34,478 bases of DNA from a virus (Duplodnaviria > Caudoviricetes), in IMG/VR virus record IMGVR_UViG_3300032305_001786, positions 1 to 34,478 of that record; one strand, given 5' to 3'. Both the position numbers and the translations under genes were made by a program. Positions 16,802-25,360 of the stretch are shown here, in pieces. The stretch's first letter is position 1. Each line of letters begins with the position of its first letter. The notes under the pieces are model-generated. The model saw nothing but the letters and a program-made list of their open reading frames with translations, did no database searches and had not been told where the DNA came from.

Positions 16802-18127
16802 ATGAATAAGAAAATATGCATAATTGGAGCTGGAGTAGCGGGTATAAACGCTGCAACTAAATTAGTAGACAACGGATATCCGGGTGAATTAATAACAATA
16901 ATTGATAAAGGTAATGATCCTCATAATCGTTTACCTGAAGAAGTAATGACAGGTATGTTAGGAGCGGGAGGATGGTCAGATGGTAAATTAACATATCATA
17001 CAGCAATCGGAGGCCAATTAGCAAAATATTGTGGTGAAGACAAAGCAATGGAATTAATGAAACAAGTAGTAGATAACTTTACTCGTTTTCATCCTAAACC
17101 AGAAGAAATTTTTATGTCTGATCCACAGGAAGAACCTGAATTTATTAAACCATATTTTGGTTTAAGAATGTTTCCTGTATGGCATATTGGTTCAAATTAT
17201 CTACATGAAATCGCTAAATCATGGTATTCGTTTTTAACTGATAAAGGTGTTAAATTTGCTTGGAATTTAGAAGTTACTAATATTGATTTTAATACAAAAG
17301 TTTTAACTTATAATAATTTAGGAGCAAACCAAGAAAGTATTAATAATGCTTGTATTCAACAATATGACGAATTAATATTTGCAGTAGGTAAATCAGGTAT
17401 TGATTTTGCTCAAAAACTATCAGATAATTATACTTTACCTACAGAACCAAAATCAGTACAAATTGGAGTACGTTTTGAAGCACCACAAAAATACTTCCAA
17501 AAATTAATTGATATCAGTTACGATTTTAAATTATATCAGAAATTTGATAATGTATCGTTACGCTCATTCTGTACTAATAATAACGCGGCTTATGTAGCAG
17601 TAGAAGAAACATACGGTGACATCAGCTATAATGGACATGCTAAAAAAGGTGAACAATTTAGAAACAATATGACTAACTTTGGTATCTTAATGGAAATTAA
17701 AGGTATTGATAATCCATTTGAGTGGTCACGTCATGTAGTAGGACAATTACAAGTTGATAGTAAAGGATTATATTACTCACCAAACAAAACACGTACACCA
17801 GGTATAACATCAGAAGGTAATATTGTAAGTGCTTACCAAATAGATGATTTAGAAGAGTTTGATGAAGTATTAGGTGAATACGCAAATTATATTACTAACT
17901 TTATTGAGAATATGGATGAAGTATTTGGATTTGGTGATGATTGGGGTATGTATATTCCTGAAGTAAAATATCTATCACCTGAACCATTAGTAAATTATGA
18001 CGATTTATCATTAACTGAATACCCAAATGTTCATTTTGTAGGTGATGCTTTAAGTGCTCGCGGAATTACAGTATCAGGAGCGCATGGAATATATGTTGCT
18101 GAATATTTATTATCAAATAGCAACTAA
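16802..18127 (+). CDS. FAD-dependent oxidoreductase (COG2509/HI0933-like)
   Basis: IIGAGVAG Rossmann motif; GAGGWSDGKL; IGVRFE; RSFCTN; SYNGH; FVGD. Confidence 0.88.
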   Translation: MNKKICIIGAGVAGINAATKLVDNGYPGELITIIDKGNDPHNRLPEEVMTGMLGAGGWSDGKLTYHTAIGGQLAKYCGEDKAMELMKQVVDNFTRFHPKPEEIFMSDPQEEPEFIKPYFGLRMFPVWHIGSNYLHEIAKSWYSFLTDKGVKFAWNLEVTNIDFNTKVLTYNNLGANQESINNACIQQYDELIFAVGKSGIDFAQKLSDNYTLPTEPKSVQIGVRFEAPQKYFQKLIDISYDFKLYQKFDNVSLRSFCTNNNAAYVAVEETYGDISYNGHAKKGEQFRNNMTNFGILMEIKGIDNPFEWSRHVVGQLQVDSKGLYYSPNKTRTPGITSEGNIVSAYQIDDLEEFDEVLGEYANYITNFIENMDEVFGFGDDWGMYIPEVKYLSPEPLVNYDDLSLTEYPNVHFVGDALSARGITVSGAHGIYVAEYLLSNSN

Positions 18128-18627
18128 TGGCAAAAATAGTATTACTAAGTTGTACCAAATCAAAATTAAGCAAACCATCTCCAGCTCAGGAACTATACTC
18201 TGCCTCTCCAATGTTTCAAAAGACATTAGAGTATGGCAAGGCGCTTAAACCTGATAAAATGTACATATTATCAGCAAAGCATCATCTTGTACCATTACAA
18301 AAAGAACTAGCTCCATATGATAAAACATTGAAGGAAATGCCAAAAGATGAAAAAGAAAAATGGGGTGAGGAAACAGTAAAACAAATGAAATCAGCAGGTA
18401 TTAATCTTGAAAAAGATCAATTTGTATTTTTAACCGGAGCTGAATATATGAAACCATTCTCAAAATATATTCCAGAAGATAATATTGAAAAACCAATGGA
18501 AGGAAAACGTTTTGGTGAACGTTTAAAATGGTTAAATAGTCAAGTTAATAAAATCCAAGAAATAATTAATAAAATAAAAATAGTAATTTATGAGAATCTT
18601 AAAAGAGCAGCTAAACGAGTATATTAA
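18127..18627 (+). CDS. DUF6884/YaaA-like protein
   Basis: LLSCTKSK...AQELY.ASPMF...ILSAKHHL...PYDKTL...LTGAEY. Confidence 0.65.
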   Translation: MAKIVLLSCTKSKLSKPSPAQELYSASPMFQKTLEYGKALKPDKMYILSAKHHLVPLQKELAPYDKTLKEMPKDEKEKWGEETVKQMKSAGINLEKDQFVFLTGAEYMKPFSKYIPEDNIEKPMEGKRFGERLKWLNSQVNKIQEIINKIKIVIYENLKRAAKRVY

Positions 18628-18829
18628 GCTCTACTTAAATGATGTTGAAGATTATGGTGATGATAATGAATTAATCATAGCTGAAATGACATTATCTAAA
18701 CTACAAAATAATTTAATTACAGAATCTGAATTTGATTTACAGCAAGTAATGACTGAAGCTATAAACAAATCTCAAACTAAATCAAAAATTATTTTAAATG
18801 ATTTTCTTACATATGTAGAAAATATGTAA
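18590..18829 (+). CDS. Small acidic hypothetical protein
   Basis: 79-aa ORF overlapping the previous gene; several [L/I/M]-x-E sites (LKE, LNE, IAE, ITE, MTE). Confidence 0.6.
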   Translation: MRILKEQLNEYIKLYLNDVEDYGDDNELIIAEMTLSKLQNNLITESEFDLQQVMTEAINKSQTKSKIILNDFLTYVENM

Positions 18830-18831
18830 GT

Positions 18832-18860
18832 TTGGTTTTTAGATTTTACTTTGTTATATT
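18832..18860 (+). promoter_or_regulatory. TTG-N20-TATATT promoter
   Basis: TTG 18832-18834, TATATT 18855-18860, ATG 6 nt downstream. Confidence 0.7.
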
Positions 18861-18866
18861 CATAGT

Positions 18867-19391
18867 ATGAAAATAGGTTTATGTGGAACAGTGAGTGTTG
18901 GAAAAACAACACTTGTTAATGCTCTTAAAGAATTAGAGCAATTTAAAAATTATCAGACAGCAACTGAACGTAGTAAATATTTAATGGAACTAGGTATACC
19001 ATTAAATACAGATTCAACATTACCAGGTCAGTTTGTATTTATGGCTGAACGAGCTAGTGAATTACTACAAGAAAATATTATTACTGATAGAACAGTATAT
19101 GATGTATGTGCATTTACATTTAGTGCTAAATCAATTGATTTTTCACAAAAAAGAACATTTGTTGAAGCAGCTATACCATTAGTTAAAATGTATGATATAA
19201 TATTTTATGTATCACCTGAAGGAGTTAACATTGAAGATAACGGTATTAGAACAACTGATCCTGATTATCGTACAAAAATAGATATGGTTATTCAAGCTAT
19301 GTTAGATGAATATCCACCAAATAAATTAGTTAAAATATCTGGAACCACTGAGGAAAGAATACAACAAATTAAAGAAGCATTATCTTTATAA
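18867..19391 (+). CDS. P-loop nucleoside/nucleotide kinase (AAA_28, NadR/Ttd14-like)
   Basis: GTVSVGKTT, ITDRTVYD, YDIIFY, EDNGIR, GTTEERI. Confidence 0.82.
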   Translation: MKIGLCGTVSVGKTTLVNALKELEQFKNYQTATERSKYLMELGIPLNTDSTLPGQFVFMAERASELLQENIITDRTVYDVCAFTFSAKSIDFSQKRTFVEAAIPLVKMYDIIFYVSPEGVNIEDNGIRTTDPDYRTKIDMVIQAMLDEYPPNKLVKISGTTEERIQQIKEALSL

Positions 19392-19399
19392 TATTTATA
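19392..19399 (+). promoter_or_regulatory. Putative late promoter motif TATTTATA
   Basis: Intergenic; heads the run of genes containing the terminase. Confidence 0.7.
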
Positions 19400-19413
19400 C
19401 ATAAATAATAACC

Positions 19414-20073
19414 ATGAGAAAAATAAATATTCGTCAAATTATTAAAGAAGAAATAGATATTGCTTTAGATGAAATGGCTCGTGCTAAAGTAATTTACACA
19501 GTTAAAGATAAACCATCATTACAAAAAGTAGTAGACGCAACTAAAGGTAATACTAAAATGGCTTTACAATACCTTTTAGATAAAGGTGAAATGGTTATAG
19601 CTGATTTAGCTAAAGAATTAAAGAAAGATCCAGCTACATTTAATAATCCTGGTTTTAGAAAATTAATGTCAGACTTATCTGATAAAAATGTAGTATCAAT
19701 GAATTCAGCAGGTACTCCATCTGTTCCAAGTATGTCTAAAGTAGAAAAACCTGCTCCTAAAGTTGATATGACTGTTGGTGGTGATGATTTTGAAAAAGAA
19801 ATGCCATCAGATATGGATGTAATGGCTGGTGAAAAAGAATTTGGTAATGTTGGAGTTGAAAAATTAGCTGATGAAGAAAAAGCTAAATTTGAAAAACTAA
19901 ATTCAGCTATTAGAAATAAGGTAGCCAAATTAGAAAAAATGTCACCTAAAGATAGAGCTAAATCAATGGATTTAGTTGTTGTAAAACAAATTATTAACAA
20001 ACCTGAAGTTAAAAAATTATTTAGATCTAAAGGTGTAGACGTGATGGACTTGGTAAGTTCAGTTATAAGCTAA
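19414..20073 (+). CDS. Putative winged-HTH protein with IRQIIKEE leader
   Basis: Leader ends ALDE; ALQYLLDKGEMVIADLAKELKKDPATF...LSDKNVV resembles a MarR/ArsR-type wHTH. Confidence 0.6.
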   Translation: MRKINIRQIIKEEIDIALDEMARAKVIYTVKDKPSLQKVVDATKGNTKMALQYLLDKGEMVIADLAKELKKDPATFNNPGFRKLMSDLSDKNVVSMNSAGTPSVPSMSKVEKPAPKVDMTVGGDDFEKEMPSDMDVMAGEKEFGNVGVEKLADEEKAKFEKLNSAIRNKVAKLEKMSPKDRAKSMDLVVVKQIINKPEVKKLFRSKGVDVMDLVSSVIS

Positions 20074-20074
20074 T

Positions 20075-20635
20075 TTGAAAATTAAAATAGAACATATTAT
20101 TATAGCTATACTTGTCGTTGCATTAATTTTGCAACGACAATGTTCTTCTCCTGGTGATGTGACTGAAAAAATAATAATTGAAACCAGATATGATACTATA
20201 AAAAAAGAAACACCAGTATATACTCCTAAATGGAATACACGTACTGAAGTAGATATAGATACTTTTCTTTCTCCTGTAGATAGCTTGGCTATATTAAAAG
20301 AATTTTATATATTATATAATTACATAGATACAGTAGGAACAGATAGTGTTAAAATTATTATTAATGATTCTGTCACAACAAATAAAATAATAGCAAGACA
20401 AGTAAATTATAAAGTAATATATCCAACTATTACCATAACTAAAGAAAAAATGTTAAACAAGACACAGTATTTTTATGGTTTTGGAATAGGAGCAAGAAAT
20501 AATGGTTTTAATTATGTGGGTCCTGAACTTATGTTAAAAACAAAAACAAATAAAGCATATGGATTAGGTGTTGGTATTAATAATAATCTATCTCCAGTTG
20601 CTAATTTTAGAATGTACTGGAAAATAGGTAAATAA
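20075..20635 (+). CDS. Exported/membrane-anchored protein (possible spanin-like lysis protein)
   Basis: TTG start; N-terminal hydrophobic helix followed by Cys; C-terminal Gly/aromatic beta strands ending YWKIGK. Confidence 0.55.
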   Translation: MKIKIEHIIIAILVVALILQRQCSSPGDVTEKIIIETRYDTIKKETPVYTPKWNTRTEVDIDTFLSPVDSLAILKEFYILYNYIDTVGTDSVKIIINDSVTTNKIIARQVNYKVIYPTITITKEKMLNKTQYFYGFGIGARNNGFNYVGPELMLKTKTNKAYGLGVGINNNLSPVANFRMYWKIGK

Positions 20636-22233
20636 TGAGTCAAGACTTAAAAGAAATAATAAAACAAGAATACATAAAATGTCTACAGTCACCTGAGCAT
20701 TTTATGAAAAAATATTGTAATATCCAGCATCCACAACGTGGGCGTATTATTTTTAATTTATATCCATTTCAAGGTAAAGTATTAAATTTATGGAGAGATA
20801 ACCCATATTCTATAGTACTAAAATCACGTCAGTTAGGTATTTCTACATTAGCAGCCGGATATTCTTTATGGTTAATGTTATTCCATAAAGATAAAAATGT
20901 ACTATGTTTAGCTACTACACAAGAAACAGCTAAAAACATGGTTACTAAGGTAAGATTTATGTATGATAACTTACCAACTTGGTTGAAAATAAAAGATGTA
21001 GAAAATAATAGATTAAGTTTAAAATTATCTAACGGTTCAACTATAAAAGCTAAATCATCCAATAGTGATGCAGCACGTTCAGAAGCAGTATCATTACTTA
21101 TAATTGATGAGGCGGCGTTTATTGATAATGTAGCTGAAACATGGGCTTCTGCTCAACAAACTTTAGCTACTGGTGGTGGAGCTATTGTATTATCTACACC
21201 TTATGGTACTGGTAATTGGTTTCATAAAATGTGGGTATCAGCAGAATCATCAACTGATGATGGTACTGGTAAAAAGTTCTTACCTATTAAGTTACCATGG
21301 TATGTTCATCCTGAAAGAAATGAATTATGGAGAAAAGAACAAGATGAATTATTAGGTGATCCTAGATTAGCAGCACAAGAATGTGATTGTGATTTTAGTA
21401 CATCTGGGGATGTAGTATTTTATAATGATTTTTTAGATTTTTATGAAAAAACATATATAAAAGAACCTCTTGAACGAAGAGGAGTAGATAAAAATCTTTG
21501 GATATGGGAACAGGTTGACTATCATCGCCAATATATGGTTGTAGCAGACGTTGCTCGAGGTGATGGTAAAGATCACTCAGCATTCCATGTTATAGATATT
21601 GAATCTAATACTCAAGTAGCAGAATATAGAGGTCAATTATCAACTACAGAATTTGGACATTTATTAGTTGGTATAGCTTCTGAATATAATGAAGCATTAT
21701 TAGTAGTTGAAAATGCTACTATGGGTTGGGCTACTATACAGACAATAATAGAAAGAGGATATAGAAACCTATATCATTCATCTAAAAGTGATAAAGCAGA
21801 AGCTTCTACGTATTTTGATAGATATGGAAGTAATGATAATTTAACACCAGGATTCACTAACTCATTAAAAACTAGACCAATGGTAGTAAACAAGTTTAGA
21901 GAGTATATAAGTGAAAAAAGTGTTATAATACAATCTAAACGTTTAATTGAAGAAATGAAAGTATTTATTTGGAAAAACGGCAGAGCTGAAGCACAAGCAG
22001 GTTATAATGATGATTTAGTTATGAGTTTAGGCATAGGATTGTATGTTAGAGATACTGCTTTAAGATTTAGTGAAAATGGTACTGAATTATCTAAATCTGT
22101 ATTAAATAATTTTACAAAGACTTCATTTAATGCTGGAGCATATTCAGCAAATAATAATTTTTATTCACCAACAAAAACCTGGGACATGGATGTAAACGGC
22201 CAAAAAGAAGACATAAGCTGGTTACTAAGATAA
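20635..22233 (+). CDS. terL: Terminase large subunit (T4 gp17-like)
   Basis: YPFQ, KSRQLGIST Walker A, LIIDEAAF Walker B, LSTPYG coupling motif, ADVARG and DDLVMS nuclease motifs. Confidence 0.97.
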   Translation: MSQDLKEIIKQEYIKCLQSPEHFMKKYCNIQHPQRGRIIFNLYPFQGKVLNLWRDNPYSIVLKSRQLGISTLAAGYSLWLMLFHKDKNVLCLATTQETAKNMVTKVRFMYDNLPTWLKIKDVENNRLSLKLSNGSTIKAKSSNSDAARSEAVSLLIIDEAAFIDNVAETWASAQQTLATGGGAIVLSTPYGTGNWFHKMWVSAESSTDDGTGKKFLPIKLPWYVHPERNELWRKEQDELLGDPRLAAQECDCDFSTSGDVVFYNDFLDFYEKTYIKEPLERRGVDKNLWIWEQVDYHRQYMVVADVARGDGKDHSAFHVIDIESNTQVAEYRGQLSTTEFGHLLVGIASEYNEALLVVENATMGWATIQTIIERGYRNLYHSSKSDKAEASTYFDRYGSNDNLTPGFTNSLKTRPMVVNKFREYISEKSVIIQSKRLIEEMKVFIWKNGRAEAQAGYNDDLVMSLGIGLYVRDTALRFSENGTELSKSVLNNFTKTSFNAGAYSANNNFYSPTKTWDMDVNGQKEDISWLLR

Positions 22234-22235
22234 CA

Positions 22236-22243
22236 TATTTATA
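22236..22243 (+). promoter_or_regulatory. Putative late promoter motif TATTTATA
   Basis: In a 13-nt gap, 3 nt before the portal ATG. Confidence 0.7.
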
Positions 22244-22246
22244 ATT

Positions 22247-24127
22247 ATGGCAGACACTAATATATTTACACGATTAAAACGATTATTCTCAACAGATGTT
22301 GTCATCAGAAATGTTGGAGGAAATGAACTTAAAGTAATAGATGTTAACGCAATCCAACGTTCTGGCGAGATTGAAACTAACTCATTATTAGATAGATTTA
22401 ATAGAATCTACACTACAAGTCCTACTTCATTATATGGTTATCAACAAAACTTTAATTACCAAACATTACGTACTCAATTATATTCAGAGTATGATGTAAT
22501 GGATGGTGATGCTATTGTAGCTTCTGCTTTAGATATTATAGCAGATGAATGTACACTTAAAAATGAACAAGATGAAGTATTACATATTAAGTCAAATGAT
22601 GAAGATGTTCAGAAAATATTATACAACTTATTTTATGATGTATTAAATATTGAATTTAACTTATGGTCATGGGCTCGCCAAATGTGTAAATATGGTGATT
22701 TTTTCTTAAAACTAGAAATAGCAGAAAAATATGGTGTTTACAATGTTATACCATATACCGCATACCATATTGAAAGACAAGAAATGTTTGATCGTGAAAA
22801 TCCATCAGCTGTAAGATTTAGATATGATCCTGAAGGATTATCAGCTGGTGAATATGGATATTATAATCTACCAGGTTCAAATACAAACAATAGTATATAT
22901 TTTGATAATTACGAAATGGCACATTTCCGTTTATTATCTGACACTAACTTTTTACCATATGGTAGAAGTTATATTGAACCAGCTCGTAGATTATTTAAAC
23001 AATATACATTAATGGAAGATGCGATGTTAGTTCATCGTATTGTTCGCGCACCAGAAAAACGTGTTTTCTATATTAATGTAGCAGGTATTAACCCAGCTGA
23101 AGTAGAAGGCTTCATGCAAAAAACAGTTAATACTATGAAACGTACTCCATATATTGATCCTAAAACCGGTGATTATAACTTGAAGTATAATATGCAAAAC
23201 ATGATGGAAGATTTTTATATTCCAATTCGTGGTAATGACCAATCAACTAAAATTGATACAACAAAAGGATTAGAATATGATGGTATTAAAGACGTTGAAT
23301 ATTTAAGAGATAAATTATTTGCAGCGTTAAAGGTACCTAAAGCTTTTATGGGTTATGAAAAAGACTTAACTGGTAAAGCTACATTAGCTGCTGAAGATAT
23401 TAGATTTGCTCGTACTATAGAACGTATACAACGTATATTAGTATCTGAATTATACAAAATAGCATTAATTCACTTATACACTCAAGGTTATACTGAAGAA
23501 TCATTAACTAATTTTGAATTATCATTAACCACACCATCAATTATATACGATCAAGAACGTATAGCTTTATTAAAAGAAAAAGTAGAATTAGCTGGTAATA
23601 TTTTAGAGAAAAAATTATTCCCATCAGATTGGATTTATGATAATTTATTCCATGTAAGTGATGAACAATATAATGAGTATAGAGATTTAATTCGTGAAGA
23701 TGCTAAACGTGATTTCCGTTTAACACAGATTCAAGAAGAAGGTAATGATCCATTAGAAACAGGTAAGTCTTATGGTACACCACATGATTTAGCTTATTTA
23801 TACGGTAATACTAAAAATCATGGTACTGTACCTGATGGATATGATGAAAAAACTCCATTAGGTCGTCCAAAAGAAAAAGTATCTAATATTAACACACAAG
23901 ATAACTCACTTGGTCGTGATAGATTAGGTAGAAAAGATAATAAAGTTGATGACCAAGAATCATTTGGTACACCTAATTATAAAGGAGGATCACCATTAGC
24001 ATTAGAAAATAACCACTATGAATTTTTAAAAAATAAAGTAATACTAGAATCTATGAAGAAAAAATTAGTATTTGATAAAGAAAGAACAACTGGAACATAT
24101 CTAGACGAAAATCTTATTAAGGATTAA
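22247..24127 (+). CDS. Portal protein (T4 gp20-like)
   Basis: ALDIIADE, LMEDAMLVHRIVRAPEKRVFYINV, EDFYIPIRG, DVEYLRDKLFAALKVP, EDIRFARTIERIQ. Confidence 0.96.
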   Translation: MADTNIFTRLKRLFSTDVVIRNVGGNELKVIDVNAIQRSGEIETNSLLDRFNRIYTTSPTSLYGYQQNFNYQTLRTQLYSEYDVMDGDAIVASALDIIADECTLKNEQDEVLHIKSNDEDVQKILYNLFYDVLNIEFNLWSWARQMCKYGDFFLKLEIAEKYGVYNVIPYTAYHIERQEMFDRENPSAVRFRYDPEGLSAGEYGYYNLPGSNTNNSIYFDNYEMAHFRLLSDTNFLPYGRSYIEPARRLFKQYTLMEDAMLVHRIVRAPEKRVFYINVAGINPAEVEGFMQKTVNTMKRTPYIDPKTGDYNLKYNMQNMMEDFYIPIRGNDQSTKIDTTKGLEYDGIKDVEYLRDKLFAALKVPKAFMGYEKDLTGKATLAAEDIRFARTIERIQRILVSELYKIALIHLYTQGYTEESLTNFELSLTTPSIIYDQERIALLKEKVELAGNILEKKLFPSDWIYDNLFHVSDEQYNEYRDLIREDAKRDFRLTQIQEEGNDPLETGKSYGTPHDLAYLYGNTKNHGTVPDGYDEKTPLGRPKEKVSNINTQDNSLGRDRLGRKDNKVDDQESFGTPNYKGGSPLALENNHYEFLKNKVILESMKKKLVFDKERTTGTYLDENLIKD

Positions 24128-24138
24128 TACTTTTAACA

Positions 24139-24146
24139 TATTTATA
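24139..24146 (+). promoter_or_regulatory. Putative late promoter motif TATTTATA
   Basis: Intergenic, 16 nt before ATG 24163. Confidence 0.7.
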
Positions 24147-24162
24147 ATAAAATTTACTTATA

Positions 24163-25017
24163 ATGTTAATAAAACATAATAAATTCAAAAACTCAGGCTT
24201 AATATTTGAACTATTAGTTAGACAAATTACAGCAGACACATTATCAGGTAAAGAGTCACCATCAATTAATATTTTAAAAAAATATTTTGTTAAAACAGAA
24301 TTAAGTAAAGAATATAAATTATATGATACTGTGTTAAAACAGTCTCAAATTACAGAAGCTAAAGCTAATATGATCATTGAAGAAGTATTAAAAGCATCTC
24401 GTAAATTGAATAGAACTATTTTACGTAAAGAAAAGTATAATTTAATTAGTGAAATTAAATCTCATTATAATTTAGATGAGTTTTTTAGAACTAAACTTCC
24501 AAATTATACATCTCAAGCTGCATTATATACATTAATTGAAATATATAATAATCAAGAATTAACAGATCCTAACCAAATTATTTCTAATAAAATAACATTA
24601 TTAGAAAATTTAACTGCTCAACCAGTTAAAGAAAAGGAAGTTAGAGAGAATATTATTGAAGAGTTTAAAAAATATGATAAAGATTTACGTCTATTAACAT
24701 ATCAAGTTTTATTAGAAAAATTTAATGGTAAATATAATTCTTTAAATGATAATCAAAAGGTAGTATTAAGAGAATTTATCAACTTAGTAGATAATACCCC
24801 ACGTTTAAGAGAATTTTATAACATTAAAATTAATGAAATTAAAACTCAATTAACTAAATTAAATAAATCAGTTACTGATAAAGTAACTCAAATTAAGTTA
24901 AATGAAGTTATATCATTAATCACAGAAATTAATAAAACTTCAAAAATATCAAATGATGATTTAGTAAATTTATTACAATACTATTCATTAGTTGATGAAT
25001 TAAAATCAGTAAAATGA
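24163..25017 (+). CDS. Alpha-helical prohead-associated protein (hypothetical)
   Basis: Lies between portal and protease, the position of T4 core genes 67/68; Leu/Lys/Glu rich. Confidence 0.7.
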   Translation: MLIKHNKFKNSGLIFELLVRQITADTLSGKESPSINILKKYFVKTELSKEYKLYDTVLKQSQITEAKANMIIEEVLKASRKLNRTILRKEKYNLISEIKSHYNLDEFFRTKLPNYTSQAALYTLIEIYNNQELTDPNQIISNKITLLENLTAQPVKEKEVRENIIEEFKKYDKDLRLLTYQVLLEKFNGKYNSLNDNQKVVLREFINLVDNTPRLREFYNIKINEIKTQLTKLNKSVTDKVTQIKLNEVISLITEINKTSKISNDDLVNLLQYYSLVDELKSVK

Positions 25018-25337
25018 CCCCAGATAAATTAAAAGAATTAGTTAAAAAAACTCTACAAGAAATGTCTATGACTGGTGGAGGTACAGCTGGAGGAGCATTT
25101 AGTGCTGGTGTAGGTATGAATTATGCTACACCTAAAGCATTTAAAAAAGTAAAAAACATAGATGAAACAGCATATGGTACAGGTAATTTAGGTCCTGGTC
25201 CTAAAGCTGGAAAAGATGGGGTTAAAGATAATTATTATGTGAAAGCATTTGGATTTAAACCTGTTAATCGCAAAAAACAAGCAAAATCATCTAAAGCTAT
25301 AGATTATAAAGATCTATGGGGTAAAACATATAAATAA
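25014..25337 (+). CDS. Small basic protein with LKELVKKTLQE leader
   Basis: ATGA overlap; Gly-rich modules after LQE and IDE. Confidence 0.7.
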   Translation: MTPDKLKELVKKTLQEMSMTGGGTAGGAFSAGVGMNYATPKAFKKVKNIDETAYGTGNLGPGPKAGKDGVKDNYYVKAFGFKPVNRKKQAKSSKAIDYKDLWGKTYK

Positions 25338-25345
25338 TATTTATT
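25338..25345 (+). promoter_or_regulatory. Variant late motif TATTTATT
   Basis: Intergenic, before ATG 25361. Confidence 0.5.
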
Positions 25346-25360
25346 ATAAACAATATTAAC

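Noticed and set aside
20635-20680. TerL N-terminus DLKEIIKQEY as a cargo leader
   Set aside because: It runs into the EYxKC...PxxF helix typical of gp17-like terminases; probably coincidental
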